A DNA stretch of 20,000 nt from contig JALAGF010006229.1 of assembly GCA_030167865.1 (NCBI GenBank), positions 46,952-66,951 on the forward strand. The letters run 5' to 3'. The position numbers and the translations under genes were made by a program. Below the pieces are notes generated by a model that saw nothing but the letters and a program-made list of their open reading frames with translations, did no database searches and was not told where the DNA came from. Source of the DNA: Craspedostauros australis (Eukaryota). How positions within the stretch are numbered: position 1 is the first letter of the stretch; each line of letters starts with the position of its first letter. Positions 10,070-19,656 of this stretch are shown here, piece after piece.

Positions 10070-11335
10070 TCAGAACTCAAAGAGGAAGATCATCTCGCCG
10101 TTCTCACCGTTTTCGTCGCAATCATCGATGGCGTCGTGGCCGTCTTCGTCGTCCAAGCATCCCTCCCAGTCCAACGTCGAGGAATCGTCGGACGGTGGCG
10201 GCGGCGCTTCCGCCGGTCCATTGCGTTGGATCTTCTGTCGATGCCGCTGGATGCGATCGTACATCTCCGAAGTCCGATCGTCGAGCAAGCGCATCAGGAA
10301 ACGCGCGTTGTCGTCGGTGTCGTCGAAATCGTAGCCGTGCAAGGATTCCGACACGTGATGCGGGTCCACCCACCGTGAATGGAGCTCACGCTCACCGGAG
10401 ACTGCGGAGTCCAGCTCTGTGTTGCCACTGAACATGCTGGAGCGCTCCGGGTTCTGTATGGGCACGGAACGTGATCTTCTGTACGATGGCGTCGTATCCA
10501 TGTGACCGGCATGGGGAAGTTGGCCTTCATGGCCTTGCCGGTGAGGAGGCAGAGCGTGCAGCGGCATGGCAGCCGTGCGCGATGGCGACGACGGCGATGA
10601 ACACGATGATGAGGCCTGCGTGGAATGGAAGGGAGAACAGGCCGTGCCCTGGCAGTCGCCCGATGATGCCATCGTTGTTGTAGCGACCCCAGCGGGGGGA
10701 GAAGGCGTTGCTCTTATCCTGTCCATCCTTGCAGCGGCGGCTGTTCTTGGGCGCGCGAGTGTACTTGTGCTTGTTGCCACAGGGGCCGTGGACGGAGCAG
10801 GCTTGAGAGACTCATGCATGCTGCTGGGTGCTGCCCGAGACCTTTGGGGCGCTCCATGCCTGTACCTGCAGGCTCCCGCAGCATTGCTGCTTGAATCTGA
10901 AGTTGAGATTGTGGTGGCCGTGCTCGTGGAACCGGTTGTGCCGTGGTGGCGTTCCGTGGTCGATGGGGCGAATTCCGACCTCGCACGGCCCTTCCAGAGA
11001 CCTTGGTGGTGGCTGTCGTATTGTCTGTCACCATGATTGTTGCTGTCGCTGTCGATGTTGCTGTAGCTGCCATCGTCAGAGTCGCAACGACTCCTGAACG
11101 GTGTCTTGCGCAGGCAACTGTCGAACAGCAATCCGATGCGTGGCTTGTCCTCTTGCTGGCACTGCTCCGTGCGTTGATTCATCGGCCAGCGCGTCCCCGT
11201 CACGAGGTCAGATTTGCGTGCTTGACGTGATGCTGTTTCCTTAGTCCCTTTGGCTTCAGCTCTGGCTTCAGCTTGGGCGACATGGGTGTGCGATTGCTCC
11301 TGCTCCTGTTGGTGCTTCGATGCGTGAACACCCAT
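10070..11335 (-). CDS. Hypothetical, largely disordered Ser/Thr/Ala-rich protein (421 aa) with putative N-myristoylation start (MGVHASK) and a C-terminal D-x-x-T-x-x-M-Y-x-R-I helix plus acidic tail ending IFLFEF
   Basis: ATG in strong context (CACCATGG) at 11335; TGA at 10072-10070. The C-terminal third has coding-like codon bias. Flanked by an AT-rich 3' region at ~9810-9880. Confidence 0.7.
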   Translation of the reverse strand: MGVHASKHQQEQEQSHTHVAQAEARAEAKGTKETASRQARKSDLVTGTRWPMNQRTEQCQQEDKPRIGLLFDSCLRKTPFRSRCDSDDGSYSNIDSDSNNHGDRQYDSHHQGLWKGRARSEFAPSTTERHHGTTGSTSTATTISTSDSSSNAAGACRYRHGAPQRSRAAPSSMHESLKPAPSTAPVATSTSTLARPRTAAAARMDRIRATPSPPAGVATTTMASSGDCQGTACSPFHSTQASSSCSSPSSPSRTAAMPLHALPPHRQGHEGQLPHAGHMDTTPSYRRSRSVPIQNPERSSMFSGNTELDSAVSGERELHSRWVDPHHVSESLHGYDFDDTDDNARFLMRLLDDRTSEMYDRIQRHRQKIQRNGPAEAPPPPSDDSSTLDWEGCLDDEDGHDAIDDCDENGENGEMIFLFEF

Positions 11336-13246
11336 GGTGTGACGATATGATTGCGTGCCCAGCCTTGAGGAAATGGAGGCGATGTAGCTTGTCGGTGGGG
11401 AGTTAAGAGAGTGACGTTGGCTGCTTGAATACTCGCACAGTTTGAGGTTGAGTTGGAGTTAGAGTTGCACTTGGCAATGCCAATTCGGATGCGGGCGGAG
11501 CGTTGGCTGTTGGCTTGTTCGATGATTTTGTGGGCGTCAGTGTCAGTGTTAGTGTCGGTGTCGGTGTCACAATGCTCGAAGCCCGGATGGTTTGGGCTCT
11601 GGATGGGAGGGCTAAGTACGAGTACGTCGCGGTTGACGTCGCTTCTCTTTCCTGGTGCTGCGAGTGTGAATGGCTCCGAGGTTGTTTTGGTGTTGGCCTC
11701 GACTTCGACGTGGGCTTTGCCTTGACTGTGACTTTGACTCCCTTGGCCTTGACCTTTTGGATGGACACCTGAGGCGGCTTTACAATCAGAATGCTAATGG
11801 CCTCTGATGACACGAGAGACCGCACAGAGAGGAGAGGACGCTGGGCAGCGGCGAATCGGGAGGCTGATGGGCAGCAATTGAAGAGGACGGGAGCGTCTCC
11901 CCACAAACACGCAAAGGAGCGGCACCAACGGAGATTCACGACAAACGGCAGAGGCGGTGATACGTGACCCCCACGACAACAGGCAACAGCTCCAGATGCC
12001 GTTTGTGGTCTGTGCTGCACGACGACAGGCGCGATTTTCCATCGTGGGCTGATGTGTGCGAGTTTGGGTGGCTGTTGGGAAATCGTTTGGTGGCTGGTGT
12101 CTGTCGGCCAAATGGTGGACTGGAACAAGACATACTATCCACCAATCAAAACGGGTATCAGAACAGCTGATGCGGATAGTACTTCACTAGTCTCACAAGA
12201 GGGCCTTCTGATTCGCCCAGAGAACGAGAAAAGAAGAAATCGCCACACGGTCTGGCTTCAACAGCCACGCAACGGCACAATCTCAACACGTTGTGATCGA
12301 ACGCAACGGTGAGGTGTCAAAAACGTCATGCTGCCACACGAGGCTGCCACGACCACACAGCCTGTATACAAAAGAGGAGAGGGTGCTTCTGGCATCAAGG
12401 GAAACAGTCAAATACTACTTCGAGGTACTTCAAGTCGTGTTGTTGGCGTTCTTGTGGAGGGCAGTACGCGTGCGTCAAGCAGGGGGATGGATCGACGGAC
12501 TCTGCGCGCAACCCCACACGCTCCGAGCATCGTATCGTGCCGTTTGAGATTCATGTGAAGAGGCGAAGATTCTCAAGGGGTGCAGCGGATCCGCTCCATA
12601 CTCCTGCGAATGCAAACTTCACATTCGTCATGCTATACATAAACTGCTCCACTCTACTCTACTGTACTCCCCGATGATGACTCATCGTCGTATCTGCCCC
12701 CTATTGCTCTGGTCTTGTATCAATGTTGGTCGTTGCCGAGATCTGCGGAGAACAGCAGCTTCGGCATCAACTGACGAGGAAGCATCTCCACGAGGGAACT
12801 GCTTGCGTGGCGGCTTCGCCTTCTCCACGATTTCTCTTTTTTGGTTGGCTTGCGTCACCAATCTTGTGTGCGCAAGTCACACGATGCAGACCGTGGAGAT
12901 TTGGTTGGTCGAGAGGATCCCGGTGGAATTTTGAAACTCATAACCCATTCCAGCAAATTCCGAACGTTATACTAACGTTATATTTGAAACATCAAGAAAA
13001 CGAAATGGCGCGAAAAAGCAGAGAACGACCCTTGGCTGTTGGCGTGAGAAAGCAGGTCGGGAGTGGGGTGTGGACATGCGCGGACGTCAACGTGCACGTG
13101 AGCACGAGAGATCTCGAATCACAAGCATGCTCGCAAAGATCTTGCCGCCACAAAATGAAACTAAACAGACCATCCATAGTGGACGAAGTGGGAGAGTGTT
13201 CACGTCTTGGATCTTTCCTCGTGCACGAATCTGCAAGCCCAATGCC

Positions 13247-16200
13247 ATGAGCCGCAACATGAACTGCAACATGGCCACCAGCACGAACACCAGCATGAGT
13301 GCTCCCTCCGACTTGGACTCCGTGTGCACGACGGCAACCACGACGTCGACGCAAGCGAAGATCCCATGTTTTTCTTGCCAAGGGGATACTTCCGACTCAG
13401 AAGACAGCATGTGGCACTGTGCGGACAATGATGCTGGCAATGATGCTGACAATGATACCCAGAAGACTTCTGCAACTTGCGAGTATTGGTACAAGGATGC
13501 ACCTCCTCCTCCTCCTGCAAGCAGAGGATGGGATGATAGCGGAGTGGAGCAAGACTTCCATCAGAGTTCCATGGCTGCGTACCGCAGCATCCAGGTGCTT
13601 GCTTGCTTCCATTATGCAGCGTGGTCCTCGTGCATCTGCTTTTCCATCCAACACCAACAGGTCATCGCCATGTGCCACATGCACGACAGCAGCAGCAGCA
13701 GCCCATCGGCAACATCACGGGTCATCGCACAAGATACGATATCCACGAGGACTTCGCGAGCAACCGCCGCACAAGGCATGGTATCCAGCTGGACGCAGCG
13801 ACCTCTCTTTGCTTCTTCCGCGCCGAGCCAATCTGCCACCAGGGCCCCTTTTGCGCACGACCTCCCCGCGGATCATGCGGCCAACCTCATCTTCCAACAT
13901 CCACCGCAGATTCCAGCGAATCTCTTTGCTCCCGTCAATACCCCTCGAGCGACTCTCTCCTTGGTTGGTGCTGTGAAGCTTGATCAACTCTCCACTCCAA
14001 TCCGCCCAAATCTCTCGCAATCAAGACATGTCACCAACCGATGTCTCTACGAGCACTTGATCACGATGATGGATGACATGTACGATGAGCTGATGGATGC
14101 TGTGGACGCGGCCAGTGGCTTCCACAATCAGGAGATTCCCCAAGGTATCGACACCTCGATGGGTGACTACTTTCCGGAGCAAGACGCCTCTTGGGATGAG
14201 CAAGAACCACAACTGCTGCAGCAGCACCATCACCACCAATCACAGCCGCAACGAGCTGAAGAGCACGACGAAGAACACGACGAATGCGAACAAGAACCTG
14301 GCGTCGACAGCGTTGGCGGCGTGAATTCTTCCCAACACGCTCCCGAGCCAAGCTCCAGCCACGCTGGTAGAGACAGTTCAAGCAAGGTCGACGAATCTAC
14401 CGCAGATCAACGAAGTGGTGCCGATTGCCAGTGCCAGTGCAGAGATCAAGCATCGCTGCCAGGCACGAATGAAGACGTGGACCAAAACGAAGATCTGCGT
14501 GTGCTCGTACACGCAGGGGCGAAGGAAGACGTCCGCAAAGACGTGGATCTCGATGCAGACGATGCTATGGAAGCAGATGCAGATGCCAAGGTCGACACGG
14601 AGCAAGACGCTGAATCCAAACAACCAGTACATGACCCCAAAGTAGACCAACGGCAAACTCCAAACAAGGAGCCGGATCATGAAGCCGCCGATGAAACCGC
14701 CGAAGCCGCGGAAACGAAAGAACGCAAGAAGCGCCCGCCCGCGAGCACTGTCCAGCTGGTTCATGATCAGCCAACCGAGGATCGCGCTCTGATAGACGCA
14801 CCTTCAGACTCCGAACCCCCTGTTGCAACTTCGTTGTTGGAGAAATACGGATTGGCAATCGGCATGGCCAACTGCGAAGGATCTCACCCATCTCCACCCA
14901 ATCGCCATCTACGGGACGAGGAGCACATCAATGTGACGGCTACAATTTCGACGACGAATGCAACCGTACTCGCACAGCGCAACTCCGCGCAGCCGGAGGC
15001 AACGACTGGGTCCGAAGCAAGGCGCAAGAAAGTTCCTCGTGTGTCGCCAGACAAGGCGAGTGCGCCACTAGACTCTGCCCTGCTCAGCACCGGACGCGAC
15101 AACACTATGCCGCCGCAATCACCATCACCGGCTTCACCGGCATCGTATCCGTCGTCACCATCATACTCAAACAGAACCAACGAAGCTACCGTGGAACGCA
15201 GCATCCCAAGCGGTGCTACTCGAAACACCTGCACCCCATCGCGCCAACGTCCAAACGTAGATTCAAGAGCGATGTCCCAGCACACAGCAATCGTTCCAGT
15301 AGATGGCACGGACGACCAAAACCAACCGCCACTCTCATCTCCCACACAGCACGGAGCAAGCAGGAAGCGACCACCTGCCCTGGAAGCGCAGTCAAAGCCC
15401 AAGCGGCCAAGACGAATACTGGGAACCGTTGACACCAACTCCGCCCTTGGCGAATCATTGCAAACGTGTCCCACTTCCGCGACTGCACACGGTCCAGGCA
15501 GCACCATCGTCAACTCCTGCATTTCGCAATTTCGTGAAGGTCACATGCGCGATCGCTGTCTTGAGAATCCAGTCGCCGCGAGACAGGATCATGGGGTTGG
15601 AGGAAACGAAGGGATGCGAAAACAAGAAGATGATGCCTCCTTCCAGCGTCGGGGGGCAAATCAACATCGCCAACAGTCTCCACAACAACAGCAGCAACGA
15701 CATGAGCCGCAGCAAGAACAGCAGCAACAACACATCATCCTGCTGATATGTTCCGAAGCCTTCGTGGAGCGTTGGGGTGAGGTAATTGTAGGGCTGATGC
15801 AGTTTCGTATCAATAGCCAGGCAAAGTATGGACAGATCGCTGCGAGCGGCAACAGCAACGGCACTCACAATGATCAAGCCACAGAACCAACAAAGCAGAA
15901 GGATGCCATCCTTGTTGTCCACGACACTCCCATGCTTGCTGCTTGCCAAGTGGATATTGAATTCCCAGGCAGTATCGGTGTGATTGTGGCCTCCTTGGAA
16001 GACATGCGACACGATCAGGTCCGAGCCAGTTTCATCGAGCGCACCGTCAAAGTCGCGGGGTGCGGACGCTACCGCCATCTCATCGTGTTCCTTGTGTGCC
16101 CGTCAACAGGAGTCGACGCGGCCATGTCCCAGAGTGTTGCGCAGATCCAGAATGCCCTTCTCTGCTTCTCCCCAACCCCAGTCCATTTCTACGTCATGTT

Positions 16201-16798
16201 TGCCACGGTGCTGTCGGCACACCTTGATCGTCTGTTCCGCGTGAAGGTGCCTGATTCCTGGGGCATCAAGCTGCGCCCGATGCTTGCCAATCCCCGCGCG
16301 ATGGAACGCGTCCGTTTCCTTCTCAACCTCATCCCAACGCTGTCATTACACGAGGCACTCTGGATGCTCGACCCTGGCCCTTTCAATGGCAGAGATCCCG
16401 ATGAGATGGTCATGCTCACGCGCTTCCAGGCGTTGCTGGGGAAAAATAATCGCCTTCGGGCCATCTTGCTGAAGGACGTCGAGGAGAATCCCAATCGGAA
16501 GCCGCAGATCCGAGTAGCCCCGATCATCCAGCTTCAGATCATCGTTCATGCTGTCGTCGCAAGCTTCCAACCGTGCCCGCCGATGCCGCAAAGCCAGCTT
16601 CAACCTGGATCGGGAGGCAGATGGGGGCCACAATCATCTCCGCCAACAACACCGATGGGACGTCAGGCTGATGCGCCAGCGGAAGCGATCGAGATGCAAC
16701 TGCGAATGCAAACCAGCATGCAAGGGCATTCGCGACAGCCGTACATGGATGGATCTACGGGGAATGGGCCCTTCCGTCCCTACCACCGCCACTATTGA
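13247..16798 (+). CDS. Large protein (~1183 aa) with long disordered N-terminus, bipartite NLS, and C-terminal degenerate XPF/ERCC4-like + HhH-like module; candidate SHOC1/Zip2-like or other inactive ERCC4-family protein. Start and possible 5' introns uncertain.
   Basis: 3.7-kb ORF (13070-16798); ATG cluster from 13247 (MSRNMNCNMAT). NLS-like 'RKRPPALEAQSKPKRPRR' at ~15362-15415. Globular alpha/beta region 15731-16560: 'IILLICSEAF..ILVVHDTP..VDIEFPGSIGVIVASLED..RYRHLIVFLV..RFLLNLIPTLSLHEALWML'. Family assignment is by eye only. Confidence 0.6.
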   Translation: MSRNMNCNMATSTNTSMSAPSDLDSVCTTATTTSTQAKIPCFSCQGDTSDSEDSMWHCADNDAGNDADNDTQKTSATCEYWYKDAPPPPPASRGWDDSGVEQDFHQSSMAAYRSIQVLACFHYAAWSSCICFSIQHQQVIAMCHMHDSSSSSPSATSRVIAQDTISTRTSRATAAQGMVSSWTQRPLFASSAPSQSATRAPFAHDLPADHAANLIFQHPPQIPANLFAPVNTPRATLSLVGAVKLDQLSTPIRPNLSQSRHVTNRCLYEHLITMMDDMYDELMDAVDAASGFHNQEIPQGIDTSMGDYFPEQDASWDEQEPQLLQQHHHHQSQPQRAEEHDEEHDECEQEPGVDSVGGVNSSQHAPEPSSSHAGRDSSSKVDESTADQRSGADCQCQCRDQASLPGTNEDVDQNEDLRVLVHAGAKEDVRKDVDLDADDAMEADADAKVDTEQDAESKQPVHDPKVDQRQTPNKEPDHEAADETAEAAETKERKKRPPASTVQLVHDQPTEDRALIDAPSDSEPPVATSLLEKYGLAIGMANCEGSHPSPPNRHLRDEEHINVTATISTTNATVLAQRNSAQPEATTGSEARRKKVPRVSPDKASAPLDSALLSTGRDNTMPPQSPSPASPASYPSSPSYSNRTNEATVERSIPSGATRNTCTPSRQRPNVDSRAMSQHTAIVPVDGTDDQNQPPLSSPTQHGASRKRPPALEAQSKPKRPRRILGTVDTNSALGESLQTCPTSATAHGPGSTIVNSCISQFREGHMRDRCLENPVAARQDHGVGGNEGMRKQEDDASFQRRGANQHRQQSPQQQQQRHEPQQEQQQQHIILLICSEAFVERWGEVIVGLMQFRINSQAKYGQIAASGNSNGTHNDQATEPTKQKDAILVVHDTPMLAACQVDIEFPGSIGVIVASLEDMRHDQVRASFIERTVKVAGCGRYRHLIVFLVCPSTGVDAAMSQSVAQIQNALLCFSPTPVHFYVMFATVLSAHLDRLFRVKVPDSWGIKLRPMLANPRAMERVRFLLNLIPTLSLHEALWMLDPGPFNGRDPDEMVMLTRFQALLGKNNRLRAILLKDVEENPNRKPQIRVAPIIQLQIIVHAVVASFQPCPPMPQSQLQPGSGGRWGPQSSPPTTPMGRQADAPAEAIEMQLRMQTSMQGHSRQPYMDGSTGNGPFRPYHRHY

Positions 16799-17019
16799 TT
16801 GAGCCCAGACAAATGGAATCTACCAAACCAAACCAAACCAATGGTGATGGCTATGCAAAATAAACCGCAGCGATACAACATTAGTACAGTCATTTGATCA
16901 TACTCGCTGACATGATGGGACGACTTGGATGTTTGTAGGGCGCGCGAACTGCCTTTGTGAACGGACCGGCATTGGCAACATGGCAAATACAGGCTCTAAA
17001 CAAGTGCTCCGATTAAACT

Positions 17020-19314
17020 CTAAAACAGTTGGAATGTCGGATCCGCCGCCTTGAGCTTGGCGTAGACGGTCTCGAGGTTGTCATCGTCCTCGATCTTGAA
17101 TGGCCCGTTGTAGTCCTCCGGCTCCATCCCTCGCAAGATGCGGATCAACTCATCTTGCTGATCCTCGTCGTTTGGGTCGATCATGCGTCCTCCCAAGGGC
17201 TCGTCCACGTAATTCGACAAGGAGTCTTCGATTTCCTGTCGCACATCTCGCTTCCTGGCGCCCGACAGGTCCTTCATGCTGAGATCCTTGCTCCATTCGG
17301 ACTCTGCCTCATCCACCATGATCGGCGGTCCTGTCGTTGGGAGGAAAGTACGTGAATAGGTCTCCATGAAGCCCGTCGATAATAGGCACGCGATTTCAGC
17401 ATCGCCATCATCCACGCCAAGCTGACCCGCTCCACCGAATTCATCATCGACGAAGCGCTCGTATTCATCGGCGTCATCGCCATCGTCTTCGTAGTCGATC
17501 TCGCCGCTTAATCCGATGTGGGCAAAGCCATGATCTTGGTCTGGGAACACCTTGACCACGGTGTCCTTGACTCGGTCATCCTCTTCCAGCACTGTCTTGA
17601 GAAGCGCAGCATCCTCGGTCGTCGCGCCTGGAATATCGTCCTTGCCGCCGAAGACCGCCATGACGGCCATTTGTCGCGTTGCTTCAGGTTTGCTCTCTTC
17701 TTCTGCAGTATCGTCATTATCAGCAGTATCTTCAATCACCGGTGGAGGCAACTGCGTGGTGCGTTGTGCTCCGAACAGTTCCCGAGCATTGTACCGGGTT
17801 GGATACCACGCAATGACGACGCCAGGATTGATGAGAGGAGGACCGATGGTGCCGTCGATGTCATGGATTTGGCCGTCGGGGAAATATCCGGCGCCGACCT
17901 CCAACGCTCGCCCACCGCCGTAGCAGGTACCCCAGACAGCGATGGAGGTGACATGGTACTGCGCCCGCAAGACGGCGGCAGCTGCGCGGATATCAATATT
18001 GACGCGAACGTCAGAATGCTCGCTTCGCCATTCTTCGTAGGTTTGTCCTTCGTGATTGTATCCCTGCTGTTCCCGCGTCTTGTCCTCGCTCCACGGACGG
18101 CCTCTGAAGAGATCTGGCACCATGACGACCACCGGTTGACACTCGAAGGCGATTTTTTCTGCCAACATTTTGGTGTCTTCCGCGAAGGCACCGTAGACAT
18201 CGCTGAGGAAGATGACGCCCTGCACCTGCTGCGCAGATATCTGCTCGCCCGTCATGGAGTACTTGCCCCAATCGGAGAAGTCACGATGCAGGATGTCCGC
18301 GTAGAGGCCGGTCTCGTCTCCTTCATCGACTCCTTCGTCCATGTAGAAGGGACGCTTGGCTGCCTTTTCTCGTTTCTCTTGAATTTCTCGCAGCCGCACT
18401 TCGGGGTTGCCGTCGTCCGTGCGATTCTTGCCTGCCAGATATGGCTTGAGAGCATCGCGGCTGGCGACGACAAAGGCCTGCACGTCGGTCTGGTTGGACC
18501 CCGGGTACTCGACGATTGTGCGCGACAAGCCATCGACGATGGGGCTGCGTCCTTCGTAATCATCGACGATCCTCGCTTCGGAGCCCCAGGTCTCTGGTTC
18601 GACCGAGGAGGAGGAGGCTTCGTCGGGGATATCGTCGCCGACGTAAATGGTGTCATCATCATCGTCATCAGGAGAAGTCTCGGTTTTACCGCCGGCAAGG
18701 CTGGCCGCATCCTCGTCTTGAGTGGGCGTCGCAGGCACGCCATCCTCCCCGCCGATCGATCGGAACGATTTGCCAACGTCCTTTTCATCCAGGTAGGCAG
18801 TGACGTCGATGAACTCCCTCTTGCCATCCTCGCTCATCTTGTTCTTGTCTTGACTTTCCTCTGCGGAAAGCATCTCAGCGTCGTCATTGTCGTTGCCGGC
18901 ACTGAAGGACGGTGGCACTGTCGTGGTGGCCATCAGGCGTTGAATGAGGTCTTCTTTGATGCCGTCGACAGGTTGACCACGCAACCGCAGCTGCTGCTGC
19001 AACTGCGGGACGGTCATCGTCTTGAGATCGTCTTCGTTGAGTGCTGCATCGAATCCCCCAGTCTGAAACGGTTCGCCAGCGCCCGCTATGGTGCTGTAGT
19101 CTTCGTCATCGTAGTCATCGTCGTCGTACAAGTCCAGCTGGTCGTTTGGTTTGGAGGAGAGCAATGGCTTGATCGATCGACGCAGCGTCGGTCTGGTGGT
19201 GGAAGGCAGCTGCACCGTAAACGCAGAGACAGGCTGGATGGCGTGCTCGGTCGCCGAGATGACGAGCACTGCCAAGAGCGCAGATGCCCCGAATCCTGCA
19301 CCAATCGGACGCAT
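17020..19314 (-). CDS. Plastid-targeted dienelactone hydrolase family (alpha/beta hydrolase, carboxymethylenebutenolidase-like) protein with N-terminal SAP domain, 764 aa
   Basis: Signal peptide ending 'VSA|FT' followed by an S/T/R-rich transit peptide. SAP motif 'LKTMTVPQLQQQLRLRGQPVDGIKEDLIQRL' at ~18930-19030. DLH motifs 'GVIFLSDVYG', 'VMVPDLFRGRPW', nucleophile 'GTCYGG' (Cys at 17923-17925), 'FGGKDD' and 'VFPDQDHGFAH'. ATG at 19314, TAG at 17022-17020. Confidence 0.88.
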   Translation of the reverse strand: MRPIGAGFGASALLAVLVISATEHAIQPVSAFTVQLPSTTRPTLRRSIKPLLSSKPNDQLDLYDDDDYDDEDYSTIAGAGEPFQTGGFDAALNEDDLKTMTVPQLQQQLRLRGQPVDGIKEDLIQRLMATTTVPPSFSAGNDNDDAEMLSAEESQDKNKMSEDGKREFIDVTAYLDEKDVGKSFRSIGGEDGVPATPTQDEDAASLAGGKTETSPDDDDDDTIYVGDDIPDEASSSSVEPETWGSEARIVDDYEGRSPIVDGLSRTIVEYPGSNQTDVQAFVVASRDALKPYLAGKNRTDDGNPEVRLREIQEKREKAAKRPFYMDEGVDEGDETGLYADILHRDFSDWGKYSMTGEQISAQQVQGVIFLSDVYGAFAEDTKMLAEKIAFECQPVVVMVPDLFRGRPWSEDKTREQQGYNHEGQTYEEWRSEHSDVRVNIDIRAAAAVLRAQYHVTSIAVWGTCYGGGRALEVGAGYFPDGQIHDIDGTIGPPLINPGVVIAWYPTRYNARELFGAQRTTQLPPPVIEDTADNDDTAEEESKPEATRQMAVMAVFGGKDDIPGATTEDAALLKTVLEEDDRVKDTVVKVFPDQDHGFAHIGLSGEIDYEDDGDDADEYERFVDDEFGGAGQLGVDDGDAEIACLLSTGFMETYSRTFLPTTGPPIMVDEAESEWSKDLSMKDLSGARKRDVRQEIEDSLSNYVDEPLGGRMIDPNDEDQQDELIRILRGMEPEDYNGPFKIEDDDNLETVYAKLKAADPTFQLF

Positions 19315-19656
19315 CTTGGGTGGTAAAGTGGAGAAGGTTGTGGCGGCGTGTTAGAGTCGGTCGTATGGTACCGTATCAATGTCTTTCTGTGAGGACAACG
19401 ATGTGCCGCACTTGGTCTGGTGCTGTCTTGGTTTGCTGTTGTGGGTGGCAGGTGGTGGTGTGATAGTTGGTGGCTTGTGGATCTGGATGCTGGTGCCAGG
19501 GGCTTCCGGTAAAACGGACTATCGGACTAACGAACAGCATCACTATTTGGTTAACGGACGATATTAGTCGTGAATGCGAAATTCTTAGTCATGATTGGAA
19601 TGTCGTACTTGGCGTTTATGGTTTATGCAATCCGTGATTGAATTGTCTCTAGCCTA

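Noticed and set aside
11403..12128. 241-aa minus-strand ORF upstream of the 421-aa gene
   Set aside because: Non-ATG start and simple-repeat-derived sequence (TPTPTLTLT); more likely 5' UTR or promoter.
12584..12595. Perfect 12-bp palindrome AGCGGATCCGCT
   Set aside because: Several 12-bp palindromes are expected by chance in 20 kb, and there is no supporting context.
13595..13660. Possible 66-nt in-frame GT..AG intron in the large + strand gene
   Set aside because: The donor (GTGCTT) is weak and the frame is open either way; it cannot be supported without RNA-seq.
1176..16798. Functional chromatin/meiosis gene cluster (HIRA plus ERCC4-like gene)
   Set aside because: The two genes are separated by unrelated genes, and eukaryotic neighbourhood alone is not evidence without conserved synteny.
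17518..19326. 602-aa ORF on the + strand
   Set aside because: Antisense shadow of the acidic SAP-DLH gene; its V/I/L-rich composition is what reverse-complemented GAC/GAT/GAG codons produce.
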